Source: Smithella sp.
Lineage (GTDB): Bacteria; Desulfobacterota; Syntrophia; Syntrophales; Smithellaceae
Assembly: GCA_039679455.1 (NCBI GenBank)
Contig: JBDKUX010000154.1
Location: 22,552-86,551 of the forward strand
DNA: 64,000 nt
Direction of reading: 5' to 3'
The translations under genes and the position numbers were made by a program. Shown piece by piece: positions 61,232-64,000 of this stretch. Position 1 is the stretch's first letter; each line of letters opens with the position of its first letter. The notes beneath the pieces were generated by a model. The model had not been told where the DNA came from. It saw only the letters and a program-made list of their open reading frames with translations, and ran no database searches.

Positions 61232-61573
61232 ATGAAAAAGCCAATGACGTATAAAGGCTATACCGCAAAGATTGAATACAGTGACGAAGATGAATGTCTT
61301 ATTGGCCGCATTTCCGACATTCGCCATATCATAACTTTTCAGGGTGACACCGTGAAGGAAATTAGACAAGCCTTTGAGGAAGCCGTTGACTTTTATCTCC
61401 ATAGTTGCGCCGAAAAAAACGAAGAACCGGAAATACCTTTTACTGGCCGCTCAGTTGTGCGCGTCAGTGCAGCACTTCATAGCGTGATAGCTTTAGCCGC
61501 CAAGCACGAAAATAAGAGCATCAACGAATGGATTACCGAAGTCTGCAAAAAGCCACGCGACACAGAGGATTAA
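61232..61573 (+). CDS. hicB: HicB-family antitoxin (type II TA system)
   Basis: SD GGAGG then ATG. MKKPMTYKGYTAKIEYSDEDECLIGRISDIRHIITFQGDTVKEIRQAFEEAVDFYL is the HicB N-terminal fold pattern, and the C-terminal FTGRSVVRVSAALHSVIALAAKHENKSINEWI is a ribbon-helix-helix-like DNA-binding tail. Confidence 0.75.
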   Translation: MKKPMTYKGYTAKIEYSDEDECLIGRISDIRHIITFQGDTVKEIRQAFEEAVDFYLHSCAEKNEEPEIPFTGRSVVRVSAALHSVIALAAKHENKSINEWITEVCKKPRDTED

Positions 61574-61731
61574 GGGTTATATGATGAAGAATCATTGACA
61601 CCAACTGGGGGCATAAGTGGGACGCTGTTAACTTATAAACTTATTAGCATTCAGGACAAAAATAGTATCCCTTGAGTCTTTAGGCCTATCCCTTTGGCTA
61701 CTACTGTTCCATCATCAACGGACGAATAACC

Positions 61732-62148
61732 ATGCTGGACAATTCAAAAAACAAAAATATTGTGAGCTTTGTACAAAATACATTGGGTTGTCAGTGTGCT
61801 GAAGAGGTATTTAATTCAATTGAATTAGGAAGAGGCAGCACTCCAAACGGCGAAGCAGCGTTTGCAAAAATAGTTATTGGCAATCGATTACTTATTTATA
61901 TCGTGAAGCCTTTGTCAGATTCAGAGAGTTTAACAAATGATTTAATACCGATTCTTACAGAAATGGGAATATTGGAAAGGGATAATAAAGGTTACAATCG
62001 GTTTCGGCTTGTTCTCGCTAAGCAATCCGATGATGTAATATCGAATACTTTCATAAAAGATTTCCAAAAGGCTGCCGGGCATGACGAAAAAGCACATATT
62101 CACTTTGTATCCCAACAGGAACTGCCGAATGTGCCTGAGATAGCCTGA
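61732..62148 (+). CDS. hypothetical protein (138 aa)
   Basis: Clean ATG ORF with a GCQC motif near the N-terminus and no family I recognise. It lies 40 nt upstream of the methyltransferase gene. Confidence 0.5.
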   Translation: MLDNSKNKNIVSFVQNTLGCQCAEEVFNSIELGRGSTPNGEAAFAKIVIGNRLLIYIVKPLSDSESLTNDLIPILTEMGILERDNKGYNRFRLVLAKQSDDVISNTFIKDFQKAAGHDEKAHIHFVSQQELPNVPEIA

Positions 62149-62188
62149 TATTTTCTTTTTGGATGAGCATAATACTCAAGGAAACTTA

Positions 62189-63121
62189 ATGAGCTACACT
62201 TTAAACACAACCAATAATTATCATATAAACGAACTGAACTCTCTGGGCTGGGAGATGACTGTCTGCAACGCCCTTTATCCCGCAACAAGCCCCTGCCGTA
62301 AGGCCCTGCAATCCAATAATTCTTTTGGTGTTTTGCTCTATCAATTTCTGGAAAAATTATTTCCCTTGAATCAAGTAAGCAATGTTTTAGAGATCGGCGG
62401 CGGTTTGGGCAATCTTATGCATGATTTTCTGATGCTTAAGCCGCAGATAAAAGCGACGATGATCGATATTTCACCGCATCTTTTGGCAAAACAAAAAGAA
62501 CTTTTGCACCGATATGCCGTTGATTTTCGGGAAATGGACATTTTACAAATCGACGTCGGCGAACTTTCCCAGTTTGATTTGGTTATCATGAATGAAAACC
62601 TTGGTGATCTACCCACATTGGTGGCTGACAGCGCCCATAAATCTCTTCCGGAAGACGGCATTTCTTCCTTTCATCGGGCAGGCTATTTTATCGATAAATA
62701 TCAATTGCCGGTGGCGCAAAATGAGAACATCAATATCGGCGCTTGGGAAATTTTGGAGAAACTCTGTCTCGCCGGGATAAAATATATTTATCTGAGTGAA
62801 CACAGTTGTGAAGCTGCGGCGCCTGATCATTTAAAATCATACCTTCGTTTTACGGCCTTGGGAAATCCGAAAAAGATTGCGCTTAAGGGACACGATGAAT
62901 ATACAATAAAATTTTCCTGTCTTCAGAAAATCGCCCAAAAGTTCGATTATAATGTAGTTCGCGGCCTTTTTGCCGATTTTGTAAAGCCGGATTTCAATGA
63001 TCAAGTTCGCGCTGCCCTGCGTCTGCAAACACCACATACCGGCGAGCAGGAAATTTTGCAGCATTTTGTTTATGATCTTTATAAGTATGAATATCTGGTA
63101 TTAACAAAAGGAGATAAATAA
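62189..63121 (+). CDS. class I SAM-dependent methyltransferase (MidA/DUF185-like by eye)
   Basis: SAM motif I VLEIGGGLGNLMHDFL and a later DLVIMNENLGDLP resembling the NE..DA.P motif of MidA-type enzymes. The ATG at 62189 follows AAGGA; the track start at 62159 is TTG. Confidence 0.65.
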   Translation: MSYTLNTTNNYHINELNSLGWEMTVCNALYPATSPCRKALQSNNSFGVLLYQFLEKLFPLNQVSNVLEIGGGLGNLMHDFLMLKPQIKATMIDISPHLLAKQKELLHRYAVDFREMDILQIDVGELSQFDLVIMNENLGDLPTLVADSAHKSLPEDGISSFHRAGYFIDKYQLPVAQNENINIGAWEILEKLCLAGIKYIYLSEHSCEAAAPDHLKSYLRFTALGNPKKIALKGHDEYTIKFSCLQKIAQKFDYNVVRGLFADFVKPDFNDQVRAALRLQTPHTGEQEILQHFVYDLYKYEYLVLTKGDK

Positions 63122-63489
63122 TGAAGAAGAACAATATAATTGCCATTTTTGCCGCATTGGCTTTCCTGTTTTTTTCGACGGCAAGCAGCTGGGCGTTTCG
63201 TTGTGGTTCAGGATTGGTAAGCGAAGGCGACAGCAAGACTAAAGTTCAGGTTACCTGCGGAAAACCAACATCTAAAGAAACTTCCTGCGAAAACAAGCAG
63301 GAATACACAACAACCACTAAATCCGGCAAAACCCGGAATGTCAAAAAGTGCGGCAAGAAACTGGAAGTCTGGTATTACAACTGCGGCGACAATGATTTTA
63401 TCTATAAGCTTACCTTTGAAGACGGCATACTAAAAGACGAAGACACGGAAGGACGGGGTAAAGGCAAGTCCGATTGTCTGGGCAGGTAA
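63121..63489 (+). CDS. DUF2845-family secreted protein
   Basis: Signal peptide (IAIFAALAFLFFSTASSWA), then FRCGSGLVSEGDSKTKVQVTCGKPTSKE...LEVWYYNCGDNDFIYKLTFEDGIL. The ATG overlaps the methyltransferase stop (TAATG). Confidence 0.6.
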   Translation: MKKNNIIAIFAALAFLFFSTASSWAFRCGSGLVSEGDSKTKVQVTCGKPTSKETSCENKQEYTTTTKSGKTRNVKKCGKKLEVWYYNCGDNDFIYKLTFEDGILKDEDTEGRGKGKSDCLGR

Positions 63490-63500
63490 TGCCTTTACAA

Positions 63501-63585
63501 TGTCATTTCGAAGCGAAGCGAGAAATCCATGTCCTGAATGTATATGAGGGATCTTTAAGATTCCTCACATACGTTCGGAATGACA
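63501..63585. repeat. imperfect palindromic (REP/MITE-like) element
   Basis: The left arm TGTCATTTCGAAGCGAAGCGAGAAATC (63501-63527) is about 20/27 complementary to the right arm GATTCCTCACATACGTTCGGAATGACA (63559-63585). A nested inner inverted repeat GAGGGATCTT/AAGATTCCTC is also present. It lies between convergent genes. Confidence 0.55.
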
Positions 63586-63660
63586 ATTACTACAATCATG
63601 ACACAGCTTCCAGGGGGGGTTGTTGCCGCCGCGGTATCATCTATGATTTTAAAAATGAAA

Positions 63661-64000
63661 TTACAGCGAATTCATGGAAATGAGGTCTCTGGCGTCAAGG
63701 TGCATGGATTCGTCTATCAATAAACCTTCACGGATCAGTTCCAGAACCAGCGGTTTTTCCTCCGGAAATTTATATCCCTCGAAATCCTGACGGAAGAGCA
63801 GCCCACCTTGCCTGTTGGCCCAGGAATTCATCCGGTGATCAAAACAAACTTTGGAAGTAACGTCCAAACCTTCGATCATCAGTCGCAACTCTTCCAAGCG
63901 CTGGTGGGGTGAAGAAATATGCAGTCGTCCTTTTTCATATTCCTCAAATAACGGAGTTCCATAGCGGGGAACCAAAGGCCGGGACCGGATGTAATGCGGA
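63661..64000 (-). CDS. C-terminal part of a probable radical SAM-family enzyme (gene continues past the right edge)
   Basis: The frame stays open to the window edge (..PHYIRSRPLVPRYGTPLFEEYEKG..). The P(L)xPxxGTPL(F/Y) segment resembles the end of radical-SAM TIM-barrel cores. The catalytic CxxxCxxC lies outside the window, so the call is tentative. Confidence 0.35.
   Translation of the reverse strand, partial: PHYIRSRPLVPRYGTPLFEEYEKGRLHISSPHQRLEELRLMIEGLDVTSKVCFDHRMNSWANRQGGLLFRQDFEGYKFPEEKPLVLELIREGLLIDESMHLDARDLISMNSL

Noticed and set aside
63474-63683. 69-aa ORF downstream of the DUF2845 gene
   Set aside because: It is translated straight through the palindromic repeat element and the G7 tract. 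This is typical of a pseudo-ORF created by a repeat.

Overview
This is a 64-kb chromosomal segment from a Gram-negative bacterium. GC is roughly 40-45% by hand counts on individual 60-nt lines. Gene content and synteny suggest a deltaproteobacterial / Desulfobacterota-like origin, which is an inference: an lptCAB-rpoN-hpf-ptsN-hprK-rapZ cluster, many PAS/HAMP kinases, an HD-GYP protein, an EF-G paralogue and DUF2284. I support about 62 protein-coding genes, most on the minus strand and most housekeeping. From left to right they are: coaD (truncated) with rsmD, pssA and psd; a transglutaminase plus ABC exporter trio; a pseudopilin/HD-GYP operon; a CDF transporter; an EF-G paralogue; ligA; coaBC; UDG; an NfeD/stomatin pair; kdsA-kdsC-lptCAB-rpoN-hpf-ptsN-hprK-rapZ; xerD; rpiB; and recD, which is separated from recB-recC by about 10 kb of signalling and stress genes. 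By eye I found no rRNA, tRNA, CRISPR array, transposase or phage genes. The most unusual locus is at 18.7-20.4 kb. It encodes a protein with host-like composition over its first ~85 codons, which carry a DUF4157-type leader (LQRTNG...HDFSRIPVH). Composition then switches abruptly to about 58-67% GC foreign DNA that also covers the next ORF. I read this as a polymorphic-toxin/immunity-like cassette swap inside a small accessory island that also holds a PEP-CTERM-like secreted protein. Secondary items are: a translationally coupled GspG-like pseudopilin / HD-GYP / lipoprotein / HAMP operon; an HPF-cold-shock-domain fusion; a receiver protein with a His-less DHp domain; a secreted His-rich protein; paralogous small helical proteins flanking a usp gene; an orphan hicB with a possible hicA remnant; an uncharacterised protein + methyltransferase + DUF2845 cluster; and several strong hairpins and palindromic elements. 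The supplied ORF track writes TTG/GTG starts as M, so several starts were re-set to internal ATGs preceded by Shine-Dalgarno-like sequences. All functional calls rest on motif recognition by eye, and no database searches were run.
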